Positions 34,359 to 43,721 of a DNA stretch of 64,000 nt are shown piece by piece (positions within the stretch are counted from its first letter, which is position 1; each line of letters begins with the position of its first letter). This stretch comes from a virus. Its lineage: Duplodnaviria > Caudoviricetes. The position numbers and the translations under genes are program-made. Under the pieces are notes generated by a model that had not been told where the DNA came from, did no database searches, and was given only the letters and a program-made list of their open reading frames with translations. The stretch is taken from IMG/VR virus record IMGVR_UViG_3300042691_027299, positions 596-64,595 of that record; one strand, 5' to 3'.

Positions 34359-35441
34359 ATGAAAGCCCTTGATAACTTCATTCGAGCCATGCTCGGCAAC
34401 TTGGATGCCACCGGCCGCATGTGGGCCAGGATCGGCGTTGTTGTTCTGATCGTCGCCGCTGCGATGAGCTGGGGATTTGGAAGCGAAGTCTCGTGGAAAC
34501 ACGCTTCATTCCTTGCCGCCCTGACGTTCGTCGCCGCATTTGGACCTGATGCCGCGCATCGAGCTTGGCACAAAGGGCGCCCAATCGTTGCGTGCAGTCT
34601 GATGGTCGGCTGCGCCGGCTTGCTTTGGATCGAGTTTTATACCCACGCTGGATATACGGCCGGCCTTCGTGGTTATAACATCGAGACCGCATCCGTTCAG
34701 AACGTCAGGTACGACCAGCGCCAAGACGACGTGCGCGAGGGCAAGGCCAGCCTCGCGCTGTGGGAAAAGCGCTTAACCGACCTCGAAACCGCAAACGCTT
34801 GGTCAGCCACTGTCACCGCCGAAGCGCTCCGCGCGCAGCTTGCCAGCGCCAACTTGGCGATCGAGCAGGAAGCCGCGAAGGGTGGCTGCAAAGCGCGCTG
34901 CCTCGCCCGCACGAAAGAGCGCGACGACTTGGCCGCTCGCATCGCCATTGCCGAGGAACGCGCCACCCTGACCAGCCAGATCGAGGCGACCAAGCGCCTT
35001 CTGGCTAAAGCCAGGGACACGGCGGCCGTCACCGAGCACAAGTCCAGCGCCGTGGTTCACCAGAACCAGTTCTTGGCTAAAGCCATCACGCTCGTGAGCA
35101 CCGGCAGCCTTGAGCCGACCCCCTATGTCCAGGCCGCTGCTGAGCAGAGCGCTAACCTCGCCATGGCACTGGCCGCAACGGGCATGCCGGCTTTTTGCTT
35201 GTTCATTGCCGGTCTCTATCGCCGGCCGGATGACGAAAACCACGAGATTGGGCGGGCTGCCGAAGATAAAGGACGCCCCCACTCCCTGGGCCAGCCTCAA
35301 CTGGCACCCGCCCAACCCACCAAGACCACCACCCAACTGGTGCCTGTCCCCGAAACCCGCGTGATCAAGACCACCATTACCGATCGCGCCTGGGCTGAAG
35401 CCTGGGAATCCGCCATGCGTCAATCTCGGCTCGCCGCATGA
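34359..35441 (+). CDS. Membrane-anchored coiled-coil protein
   Basis: Paralog of 1213-2232. Confidence 0.8.
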   Translation: MKALDNFIRAMLGNLDATGRMWARIGVVVLIVAAAMSWGFGSEVSWKHASFLAALTFVAAFGPDAAHRAWHKGRPIVACSLMVGCAGLLWIEFYTHAGYTAGLRGYNIETASVQNVRYDQRQDDVREGKASLALWEKRLTDLETANAWSATVTAEALRAQLASANLAIEQEAAKGGCKARCLARTKERDDLAARIAIAEERATLTSQIEATKRLLAKARDTAAVTEHKSSAVVHQNQFLAKAITLVSTGSLEPTPYVQAAAEQSANLAMALAATGMPAFCLFIAGLYRRPDDENHEIGRAAEDKGRPHSLGQPQLAPAQPTKTTTQLVPVPETRVIKTTITDRAWAEAWESAMRQSRLAA

Positions 35442-35617
35442 ACGACGGCATCGATATGACCGCCGTCCGCAAGGCCCTGCAAGACGCCGCTCAATCTTCC
35501 GAAAGCTGGTGGACCGATCCCGCCTGCCTCGTCAGCATTACAGACGAAGAACCCGACGAATATGATCTCCTTGATGAGAGCGACAAGGCCCAACTTGCCG
35601 CCCTGATGAGGCTCTAA
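35438..35617 (+). CDS. Small acidic hypothetical protein (59 aa)
   Basis: ATGA-coupled ORF filling the gap before terS. Confidence 0.5.
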   Translation: MNDGIDMTAVRKALQDAAQSSESWWTDPACLVSITDEEPDEYDLLDESDKAQLAALMRL

Positions 35618-35651
35618 ACTCCCCAGCGGACAATCGGAGACGACCCGCACG

Positions 35652-36059
35652 ATGGATATGCAAGTCAGCGTCGACAAAAACCAAGACAAGAACAAGGGGA
35701 ACCAAGACGGAAGGGCGCGGAGCCTAGCCAACCTCCGTCCGCAGCGTCCTGGGGAGCCATCCCGCAACCCTAGCGGTCGCCCGAAAAAGGACTATGACCT
35801 CGCCGCTATGGCGCAGGCTCACGCCAAGAAAGCGGTCGAAGTTCTGGTTGAAGTCATGTCGGACGTGGGTGCAACGCCATCGGCACGGGTCGCGGCTGCG
35901 TCGGAGATCTTGGATCGAGGCTTTGGCTCGGCTCCGAAGTCGCTCGACATCAACCACACGATGACGATCTCGGAGGCGTTCGAGGATTTCATCCGGTCGC
36001 TGGGCCACAATAATAGGGCGCCTGTGCTAGAGGCGACCATTGTGGACGCGGCAGAGTAG
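35652..36059 (+). CDS. terS: Terminase small subunit
   Basis: NLRP..PG...NPSGRPK and RVAAASEILDRGFG motifs; upstream of terL. Confidence 0.78.
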   Translation: MDMQVSVDKNQDKNKGNQDGRARSLANLRPQRPGEPSRNPSGRPKKDYDLAAMAQAHAKKAVEVLVEVMSDVGATPSARVAAASEILDRGFGSAPKSLDINHTMTISEAFEDFIRSLGHNNRAPVLEATIVDAAE

Positions 36060-36114
36060 AAAATTTTTACATCGGCTCACGAGCCAGTAAAAATAAAATA
36101 CCCCAAAGGCAGGA

Positions 36115-37638
36115 ATGGACTGGCAAACCCTGGTGGCCCGTTGGACGGCAAGCCCGTTCCATTTCGTGCTTGAAGCATTGTTTCACATGAAAGAGGAGGA
36201 GTGGCGCCCGTGGGTTCCGGGCACGCCGCGCCCGGCATACTCGCCCAAGGGTATGGAGTTGTGGCAGGCGGACTTTCTCAAGGACGTGGCTCGCGCCCAA
36301 GTCGAAGGCAAGCGCCGGTTCACGGTGCGAAGCGGTCACGGCACGGGCAAGTCGACCACGCAGGCGTGGCTGATCCTCTGGTTTTTGCTTTTTTATCGCG
36401 ACTTGAAGATCCCCGTCACGGCTAACTCATCCGACCAGCTTCGGGATGTGCTCTTCGCTGAAATCGCCAAGTGGCACCGGGAACTGCCGCCGTTCTTGAG
36501 GGATCTGCTGGAGCTGAACACGGAGCGTGTGTTCGTCAAGTCCGATCCGGAATCGAGCTTCGCGGTGGCACGCACGGCCCGACCGGAACGGCCCGAAGCC
36601 CTGCAAGGCTTTCACGCTAATACGTTGGTGTTCTTCGTCGAAGAAGCCTCGGCCATCGAGGATGTGATTTTCGAAGTCGCCGGCGGCGCACTCTCAAGCG
36701 AAGGCTCGTGGGTGTTTCTCTTCGGCAACCCGACACGGACCTCTGGTTATTTCCATCGGTCGTTTCACGCCAACCGCGACCAGTGGCGCACCTATCATAT
36801 CCCTTGCCAGATCTCGTCTCGGGTGTCTGAGGATTACCCAAAGCAGATCGCGGCGGAATACGGCGAGCAGTCCAACGTCTACCGCGTCCGTGTGCTCGGC
36901 GAGTTTCCACTCTCAGACGACAACTCTGTCATCTCGCTGGGCTTGATCGAGGCCGCCGTTAATCGCGAAGTCTCGCCGAATGACATGGCGATTGTCTGGG
37001 GCTTGGACGTGGCGCGGTTTGGCGACGATACGACGGCTCTGGCCAAGCGACGCGGCAATGTGTTGTTGGAGCCGGTGGTCGAGTGGAAGAAGCTCGACCT
37101 GATGCAGACGACTGGGGTGATTATGAAGCTCTGGCATGAGACGCCGATCGAGAAGCGGCCCGCTGCGATCAATGTCGACGTGATCGGTCTCGGTGCTGGT
37201 GTGGTGGATCGTTTGCGTGAACTGGGCTTGCCCGTGCGCGGCGTCAATGTGGGTGAAGCGGCTGCCACAAGCCCCGAGCGCTTCATGCGCCTGAGAGACG
37301 AACTGTGGTGGAAGGCCCGCGACTGGTTCGATAGCCGCTCGGTGGTAATCCCGAAGGATGATGCGCTGATCTCGGAACTGGTCGGCCCGACGTACAAGCT
37401 CGAAAGCAGCGGCAAGATTAAGATCGAGTCCAAAGACGACATGAAAAAACGCGGCATCAAGAGCCCGAACAAGGCCGATGCCTTCTGCCTGACCTTTGCG
37501 GGTGGCGACTTCGCCAATGCCGTGCTGCGCCGCGCGACGGCTGTCAGCGAGTACGATCCGTTCAACGTCTCCTCGGCCGAGTTTGAACGCCATGTGCGCC
37601 GCGCCTCGACCAGCGGCATGGATTACGCTCCGTTCTGA
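36115..37638 (+). CDS. terL: Terminase large subunit
   Basis: VRSGHGTGKS Walker A, LQGFH, FVEEAS, GNPTR, GLDVARFGDD and SPNKADA motifs. Confidence 0.95.
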   Translation: MDWQTLVARWTASPFHFVLEALFHMKEEEWRPWVPGTPRPAYSPKGMELWQADFLKDVARAQVEGKRRFTVRSGHGTGKSTTQAWLILWFLLFYRDLKIPVTANSSDQLRDVLFAEIAKWHRELPPFLRDLLELNTERVFVKSDPESSFAVARTARPERPEALQGFHANTLVFFVEEASAIEDVIFEVAGGALSSEGSWVFLFGNPTRTSGYFHRSFHANRDQWRTYHIPCQISSRVSEDYPKQIAAEYGEQSNVYRVRVLGEFPLSDDNSVISLGLIEAAVNREVSPNDMAIVWGLDVARFGDDTTALAKRRGNVLLEPVVEWKKLDLMQTTGVIMKLWHETPIEKRPAAINVDVIGLGAGVVDRLRELGLPVRGVNVGEAAATSPERFMRLRDELWWKARDWFDSRSVVIPKDDALISELVGPTYKLESSGKIKIESKDDMKKRGIKSPNKADAFCLTFAGGDFANAVLRRATAVSEYDPFNVSSAEFERHVRRASTSGMDYAPF

Positions 37639-38180
37639 TGCCCGTCGACAGCCAATACCTGACCGACATCGACCTTCAGTCGGTGTGTTACATTTGCGAC
37701 CACATGCGCGAGCAGGACCGGCGCGAGATCTACGCGACGCTACCACATGACAATGCGTACCGCCTGGGCTGGGAAGCCTATCACCAGATCCGCAACATGG
37801 GACGAGGCCGCATCGCCTGGCACAAGGGTCGGCCCGCTGCGCTCGGAGCGTTCTGCGAGGATTACCCGACCGTTTGGCAGGTCATCATGTTCGGAACGGA
37901 TGAGTTCAAAGCTGGCGCGTTCGAACTGCTGAAATGGTTTCGCCGCGAGGCGGCCGACATCCTGACCACGCAGAAGGCCAATAGACTGTATTGCAACTCG
38001 CACATCGACCACGCCGAGGCGCACAAGATGATTGTGGCGCTCGGGGCCGAGCCCGAAGGCCCGCCGATGCGTGGCTTCGGCAAGGACGGGTCAAGCTTTC
38101 AGCGGTTTGTCTGGTTCCCGGACACGGGTGTGCGTGTGCTCCGTCCCGATTACGTGCGTCCCAAAGAGGCTGCGGCATGA
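37638..38180 (+). CDS. GNAT-like phage protein (T7 gp13-like)
   Basis: MREQDRREI N-terminus; H..AH.....LGA..E. Confidence 0.65.
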   Translation: MPVDSQYLTDIDLQSVCYICDHMREQDRREIYATLPHDNAYRLGWEAYHQIRNMGRGRIAWHKGRPAALGAFCEDYPTVWQVIMFGTDEFKAGAFELLKWFRREAADILTTQKANRLYCNSHIDHAEAHKMIVALGAEPEGPPMRGFGKDGSSFQRFVWFPDTGVRVLRPDYVRPKEAAA

Positions 38181-38425
38181 CTGCGCCCGTTCTGACTGTC
38201 GTTCCACCTGTCGCGAACGAGCCGGATGAATATGTCCTGATGGCACTGCACAGCATGCTGAAGCTGGCCATGGACGGAACGATCACGGCCATCGCCATCG
38301 CAGGCGTCGGCCGGGACGGTGTGACCGCCACAAATTATGCCGCCAATCGACAATCGGTGGCGCTGATGGGCGCGCTACAAGTCGCCCAAACACGTGTCAT
38401 GAACGAATATCTAGGAGGCCAATGA
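38177..38425 (+). CDS. Hypothetical protein
   Basis: ATGA-coupled; G.I.AIAIAGV motif. Confidence 0.6.
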   Translation: MTAPVLTVVPPVANEPDEYVLMALHSMLKLAMDGTITAIAIAGVGRDGVTATNYAANRQSVALMGALQVAQTRVMNEYLGGQ

Positions 38426-38619
38426 TGTGTTTCGGGGGATCGAGCAAGCCTAAGACCACGGTGCCGCCCGAGCCGATGCAGCCCACGACGTTCGATTTCC
38501 GGGCCGGCAACGACAGTCTGAAACAACAGCAGCAGCAGATGGCAGCGCAACGCCAACCGCAGGCGCCAAGCTTTGGTTCTGAGCTGGGCACCAGCACTAC
38601 CGCGCCGGCAGCCTACTAA
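38425..38619 (+). CDS. Small MC-start virion protein (T7 gp6.7-like) copy 1
   Basis: MCFGG...FGSELGT. Confidence 0.65.
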   Translation: MCFGGSSKPKTTVPPEPMQPTTFDFRAGNDSLKQQQQQMAAQRQPQAPSFGSELGTSTTAPAAY

Positions 38620-38632
38620 ACGGAGGCAAGAT

Positions 38633-38827
38633 ATGTGTTTCGGATCTAAGAAAAGTTCCGCCCCGCCAGCGCCAGCACCTGTGGTCCAGACCACGGCGGC
38701 CAACGCTGTGCCGGATCAGTCCAACACGCAGCAGCAGCGCCAGCAGCAGCTTGCCGCAACGGGTGGCACGCAGCGGCCGGCCGCTTTCGGCTCTGAGCTT
38801 GGCACGTCAATGTCGGGAGGTGTTTAA
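38633..38827 (+). CDS. Small MC-start virion protein copy 2
   Basis: MCFGS...FGSELGT; GGAGG RBS. Confidence 0.65.
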   Translation: MCFGSKKSSAPPAPAPVVQTTAANAVPDQSNTQQQRQQQLAATGGTQRPAAFGSELGTSMSGGV

Positions 38828-39024
38828 TGTGCATGGCTAAAGCTCCGCCCGCTCCGCCGCCGCCGCAGGCTCCGCCGCCGCCGCCGACAGTGCAGGCCAC
38901 TAAGATCGAGGCGACCCGCAACCGTCAATCCCGCGCGGCTGTGCAAGGTGGCCCGTCGAGTGCCATGACTGGCGCTGGCCTCAGTCCGCAGGTGGCTGGC
39001 GCGTCTCCTGTGTTGGGCACCTGA
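38827..39024 (+). CDS. Small MC-start virion protein copy 3
   Basis: MCMAK, Pro-rich, ends VLGT; immediately before the portal. Confidence 0.65.
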   Translation: MCMAKAPPAPPPPQAPPPPPTVQATKIEATRNRQSRAAVQGGPSSAMTGAGLSPQVAGASPVLGT

Positions 39025-39025
39025 C

Positions 39026-40810
39026 ATGGAGTATGACGAGAAGATCATCCACCTTAAGGAGCGTTACGATGGGCTGAAAAGCGCGTCGGAACGCACGAAC
39101 TGCGAAAGCCATTGGCAGGAGGTTGGAGAACTCGTCTCGCCGCGCAAGATCGATTTCGTCGGGATGCGCACGCCCGGCGAAAAGAAGATGAACCGCGTCT
39201 ATGACAGCACGGGCATCCACGCCAACGAGATGCTGGCGGCCGGTCTGCATGGCATGGCCACCAACCCGGCAAGCCGGTGGTTCTCGCTGCGCCTCATGAC
39301 GGACGATGTCGTCAACCAGGACGGGACGCAGACCCCGGTCAATGAAGCGCCGGCCGTGCAGAAGTATCTCTCCGATGTCGAAGAGAAAATGTGGACGAAG
39401 TTGTACCAACCGGGCACCAACTTCACCACGACACTGCATGAGGCCTATCTAGACCTCGGCGCGTTTGGAACGGCGGTCATCTACATCGGCCAGCGGGATG
39501 ACAACGGGTTGCTGTTCGAGTCCCGCCCGCTCGCTGAGTGCGTGATTGCAGAAAACGTTGATGGGCGCGTTGACACGCTGATGCGCTGCACGGCCTACAC
39601 CGTGCGCCAAATGATCCAGATGGAGCGCAAAGGCGTTTGGAAAGTCTCGGAAGAGGTAAAGAAAAAATACGACGACAAATTGTATGATGAGACCGTGAAG
39701 GTCATTCACAGCGTCCACCCGCGCGAGGACAACGAGCGCGAATACAAGGTGAAGAACGCAAAGAATATGCCGTTCGCGTCGATCTATTTCGAGCACGAGA
39801 CGTGCCATCTGCTTGAAGAAAGCGGCTTCCCCGAGTTCCCGTATCTGGTGCCGCGCTGGTCGCGCTACGGTGGCGAGGTCTATGGCCGTTCGCCTGCGAT
39901 GACGGCGCTGCCGGACATCAAGATGCTTCAGGCGATGGAGCTGACCAAGATTAAGCTCCTGCAAAAAGCCGCCGATCCGCCGATGGGAATCCGCGACGAC
40001 AGCCTGATTGGCCAGGCGCGCACGGTGCCGGGCGGCTTGATGTATTTTAGGGGCAATCCCTCGGACAGCGTGTTCCAAATGCCGGTCAGCCTGCAAGGCA
40101 TCCAGGCGATGATGGAGGACCAGTTGGCGCTGCGCGAGCGCATCCTGCGCACGTTCTTCGCTGACATCATGAGGATGACCGACCGCGCCAACATGACGGC
40201 CACCGAGGTGATGCAGCGCACGGCCGAGCAGATGCGGCTGTTTGGTCCGCTGATTGGACGGCTGGAAAGCGAGATGCTCGGGCCTCTGGTCGATCGCGTC
40301 TTTGGTATCCTCTCCCGGTTGGGCGAGCTGCCGCCGGCCCCGAAGGAAATTCAAGGCCAGGATTTCACAGTTGAGTATGTGTCGCCCATCGCCACGGCCC
40401 AGAAGCAGCAGGCGATCAGCGGCATCATGCAAACCTTCCAAGTCCTTTCGGCCTTCGGCCCCGAGGTCATGGCGCAGATCGTCCAGAAGCGCGTCGATGT
40501 GGATGCCTTGGTCTCGTGGCTGTGGGATTTGTTCAACAACGATCCAGACCTGCTGCGCGATGAAGAAGCGATGGAGCAGGGCGCGCAAATGGAGCAGATG
40601 CAGCAGCAGTTGGCTGTGGCTGGCCCAGCGGCCAACATCATGGCGACCGGCGCGCGTGGCATTAAGGATCTGAGTGCTGGGGCTGAGAAGGGTGGCAACC
40701 TGGCCGCGCTGATCTCGCAGTTTGCCGGCGAAGCCCAGGAAAACCCGCGCGCTCGCTACGAGATGAGCCAACTGGCTCAAGGTGAAATGCCAGAGCCGGC
40801 GGTTATGTAA
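39026..40810 (+). CDS. Portal / head-tail connector (T7 gp8-like)
   Basis: YDSTG..A...LA, DLGAFGT, GEVYGRSP and MTATEV motifs. Confidence 0.93.
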   Translation: MEYDEKIIHLKERYDGLKSASERTNCESHWQEVGELVSPRKIDFVGMRTPGEKKMNRVYDSTGIHANEMLAAGLHGMATNPASRWFSLRLMTDDVVNQDGTQTPVNEAPAVQKYLSDVEEKMWTKLYQPGTNFTTTLHEAYLDLGAFGTAVIYIGQRDDNGLLFESRPLAECVIAENVDGRVDTLMRCTAYTVRQMIQMERKGVWKVSEEVKKKYDDKLYDETVKVIHSVHPREDNEREYKVKNAKNMPFASIYFEHETCHLLEESGFPEFPYLVPRWSRYGGEVYGRSPAMTALPDIKMLQAMELTKIKLLQKAADPPMGIRDDSLIGQARTVPGGLMYFRGNPSDSVFQMPVSLQGIQAMMEDQLALRERILRTFFADIMRMTDRANMTATEVMQRTAEQMRLFGPLIGRLESEMLGPLVDRVFGILSRLGELPPAPKEIQGQDFTVEYVSPIATAQKQQAISGIMQTFQVLSAFGPEVMAQIVQKRVDVDALVSWLWDLFNNDPDLLRDEEAMEQGAQMEQMQQQLAVAGPAANIMATGARGIKDLSAGAEKGGNLAALISQFAGEAQENPRARYEMSQLAQGEMPEPAVM

Positions 40811-41076
40811 TGGCACGAAGGCCCCCGGAAGGCGCGCTCTCAGCCGCGTGGAAATCGTTTTACGGCACCCCAGAGGGCCGCACGGCAATCGCGCATCTGT
40901 TTTCGGAGTTTCATGTCTATTCGCCGATCCAGGGCCGCGATCCCATTGAGATCGCAACGGCCAACGGCGAGCGAAATGTCGCGCTGCGTATCGCACAACT
41001 GCTGGCGCTCAAACCCGAGCGCTTTGCTGAAACCGCGACCGAGGACATAGACCTCGTGGATCGCCTAATACGATGA
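40810..41076 (+). CDS. Small conserved protein between portal and scaffold (Bbp19-like)
   Basis: F.GTPEGR...L and NGERNVAL.I motifs. Confidence 0.7.
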   Translation: MARRPPEGALSAAWKSFYGTPEGRTAIAHLFSEFHVYSPIQGRDPIEIATANGERNVALRIAQLLALKPERFAETATEDIDLVDRLIR

Positions 41077-41083
41077 GGATTGC

Positions 41084-41971
41084 ATGAGTTTGGATGCAGG
41101 GTCGTCTATCCTGACGGCTGGCGTTGAGCCAGGCGCGGGGCAAGGCGGCAACCCGGCCGACGCTGGTGGCACCGCGCCTCCGCCGGGGAGTGCGGCAGCA
41201 ACGGTTCAAGCGGTCCAGGATGGACCGCCTGAGTATATCCCGGCGAAATTCTGGGACCCGGAACGCAAGGCCCCGAAGATCGAGGACTTGGGAAAAAGTT
41301 ACCAAAGCCTAGAAAAGCTTCTCGGCCGGGAAAAGGTTCCTGTTCCTGCCGGCGACGACGACGAGGAAGGCTGGCAACGCTGGTACGCGGCCACGGGCCG
41401 CCCTGAAAAGCCGGATGACTATGAGATTGAGCGCCCGGCCAATCTGCCGATCGAATATGATGAGGATGGCGAGAAAGCGTTTCGCAATTGGGCACACCAG
41501 AACGGCCTCAACAAGCGCCAGACGAAAAATCTGTACGACTCCTATGTGAAGTCGCGGATCGAGGCGCACAACAACTGGCAGAAGCTTCAGGAAGAAAGCA
41601 AGGTCCAGGCGCAGCACGCGCTGCAACGGGAATACGGCTCGCGCTACGACGCCAAGGTGCAACTGGCCAAGGCTGCGCTGTCGCAGTTTGCCGATCCCGA
41701 TTACATCAAATATCTCGATGAAACCGGCCTTGGAAACGACCCGCGCACCATTCGCGCCTGGGTCAAGATCGGCGAGGAGCGGTTAGGCGAAACCCGATTG
41801 AAGGGCACGGCACCGCAGGCTCCGAACCATGCCGACCTCGATCGCGCCATTGCCGACTTCATGCGCAAAAACACCGAGGCCTTGTTTAACAAGGGCCACC
41901 CGCAACACGAATGGGCGGTGAAAGAGCGCCAGAAATTGTTCGATGCTCGCTATCCGGATGCGGCGACGTGA
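41084..41971 (+). CDS. Capsid scaffolding/assembly protein
   Basis: PAKFWD, KSYQSLEK.LG, GRPEKPDDY and GLGNDP motifs. Confidence 0.85.
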   Translation: MSLDAGSSILTAGVEPGAGQGGNPADAGGTAPPPGSAAATVQAVQDGPPEYIPAKFWDPERKAPKIEDLGKSYQSLEKLLGREKVPVPAGDDDEEGWQRWYAATGRPEKPDDYEIERPANLPIEYDEDGEKAFRNWAHQNGLNKRQTKNLYDSYVKSRIEAHNNWQKLQEESKVQAQHALQREYGSRYDAKVQLAKAALSQFADPDYIKYLDETGLGNDPRTIRAWVKIGEERLGETRLKGTAPQAPNHADLDRAIADFMRKNTEALFNKGHPQHEWAVKERQKLFDARYPDAAT

Positions 41972-42159
41972 CGGAGATCGAGCGACTAGCGCGGGCGCAT
42001 GGCGTGTGGGTCGATCAACCCACGCCGGCACCGCCTTTACCTGAAATTGCGGCGCCGACTGTAGAGGCTGCGGGACACGCCATCGAGCCCCCGCGTCGAG
42101 GTCCTGGTCGGCCGCGCAAAAGCCCGGACAATCCGCCCGTTGGCGGCCCGGCATCCTGA
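41968..42159 (+). CDS. Small protein with AT-hook-like RGPGRPRK
   Basis: GTGA-coupled ORF. Confidence 0.5.
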   Translation: MTEIERLARAHGVWVDQPTPAPPLPEIAAPTVEAAGHAIEPPRRGPGRPRKSPDNPPVGGPAS

Positions 42160-42278
42160 CGCAGTTCCGTAGCGTCTCACGCGCGTATCTAGTCACGCGG
42201 ACGGCCGGCACTCTGCCGATACCCGACTGAGCGGACGACACCCCCTTATCTCAACATCTTGATAGGAGGCTCGACGCC

Positions 42279-43181
42279 ATGTCGACCCAAATCACCACGT
42301 CTATGGTGGAACAGTATCGTTCCACAGTCTACCACCTGTCGCAGCAGAAAGGCTCCAAGCTGCGCCGGGCTGTTCGCAATGAAACCGTGAACGGCAAAAA
42401 CGCCTATTTCGAGCAGCTTGGCGCGGTTTCTGCTCGCCTGCGCACGTCTCGGCATTCCGACACGCCGCGCATGGACACGCCGCACCAGCGTCGCCGCGTG
42501 TCGCTCAGTGACTACGACTGGGCCGACATCATCGACAGCGAAGACCAGATCCGCATGCTCATCGACCCGACCTCGCAGTATGCCGAGGCAGGTGCGATGG
42601 CTATGGGTCGCGCCATGGACGACGCGATCATTGCGGCGGCCGACGGCACAGCCTACACGGGCGTTGACGGTGGCACCGCTACGTCGTTCGATAGCAACAT
42701 GGTCGTGGACGTGCAGGTCAGGTGGCCTGGCGTGACGGCCGCCGATCTCGGACTCAACGTCGCCAAGCTGCTGGAAGCCAAGAAGCTCCTCAGCGCCGGC
42801 AACGTTGATCCGGATGACGAGTGCTGGGCCGTCATCAACGCGGCGCAGGTCAAGTCACTGCTGATGGATACGCGCGTTTCGTCGCACGATTACAACGCGA
42901 TCAAGCCGCTCGTGAATGGCCAGGTCGCTCAATTCGCCGGCTTCAACATCATCGTGACTGAGCGCATCGGTGTCGACAGCAACTCCGACCACAAGTGCCT
43001 GTTTTGGGCCAAGGGCGGCATGCTGCTCGGCGTCGGCAAAGACATCTCGTCTCGCATCAGCGAGCGCGCGGATAAGAACTATGCCACGCAGGTGTTCTTG
43101 AGCATGACCATCGGTGCGACCCGCATGGAAGAGGCTCGCGTGGGCTATATCGAGTGCGATCCGACCGCCGGTCCCGGCTAA
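42279..43181 (+). CDS. Major capsid protein
   Basis: MSTQIT..VEQY...LSQQKGSKLR, AMGRAMDD.II and GATRMEE motifs; strong RBS. Confidence 0.92.
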   Translation: MSTQITTSMVEQYRSTVYHLSQQKGSKLRRAVRNETVNGKNAYFEQLGAVSARLRTSRHSDTPRMDTPHQRRRVSLSDYDWADIIDSEDQIRMLIDPTSQYAEAGAMAMGRAMDDAIIAAADGTAYTGVDGGTATSFDSNMVVDVQVRWPGVTAADLGLNVAKLLEAKKLLSAGNVDPDDECWAVINAAQVKSLLMDTRVSSHDYNAIKPLVNGQVAQFAGFNIIVTERIGVDSNSDHKCLFWAKGGMLLGVGKDISSRISERADKNYATQVFLSMTIGATRMEEARVGYIECDPTAGPG

Positions 43182-43228
43182 TCGGTAGCCATCTGATCCC
43201 TCTTCCTCTCATCTAAAGGAACTCTCAT

Positions 43229-43657
43229 ATGGCAGTTCTCTACGCTTCCGAGGCCAACGGGTATTTGAACACAACCCCGCCGTCTCTCGCCTCCGGCGCC
43301 GTGCACGAAGCGCGCGTGCGTCGCTATCGGGCCAAAATCACGTTGGCCACGCAAACCACGTCGGACACGATCGTCCTGGCGCGCGTGCCGCAGGGCTCTG
43401 CGTTCATGTACGGCGTATTGAACACGACGGTATCTCTCGGCACGTCGACTATCGCGATCGGCATCACCGGCACCACCGGCAAATACCGCGCGGCGGCGAC
43501 GTTTACGGCGACGGACACGCCGACGCTGTTTGGACCGGCCGCGATTGCTGGCGCCGATCCGCTGACGGCGGCGGAAACGATCTTCATCACCATCGCCACG
43601 GCCAACCTTCCATCCAGCGGTACGCTGGTGGTGGATCTCTATTTCTCGGCTACCTGA
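43229..43657 (+). CDS. Capsid decoration/cement-like protein
   Basis: Beta-rich protein directly after the capsid gene, followed by a terminator. Confidence 0.65.
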   Translation: MAVLYASEANGYLNTTPPSLASGAVHEARVRRYRAKITLATQTTSDTIVLARVPQGSAFMYGVLNTTVSLGTSTIAIGITGTTGKYRAAATFTATDTPTLFGPAAIAGADPLTAAETIFITIATANLPSSGTLVVDLYFSAT

Positions 43658-43666
43658 CACCAGTCG

Positions 43667-43703
43667 AAGAAGCGGGGCCAACGCTCCGCTTCTTCTTTTC
43701 TTT
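43667..43703 (+). terminator. Rho-independent terminator after the capsid genes
   Basis: GAAGAAGCGG...CCGCTTCTTC followed by a T run. Confidence 0.8.
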
Positions 43704-43721
43704 ATCAGGACGAGGTGAGAT

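Noticed and set aside
39449-40996. 515-aa antisense ORF over portal B
   Set aside because: Shadow ORF expected from high-GC codon bias; no motifs.
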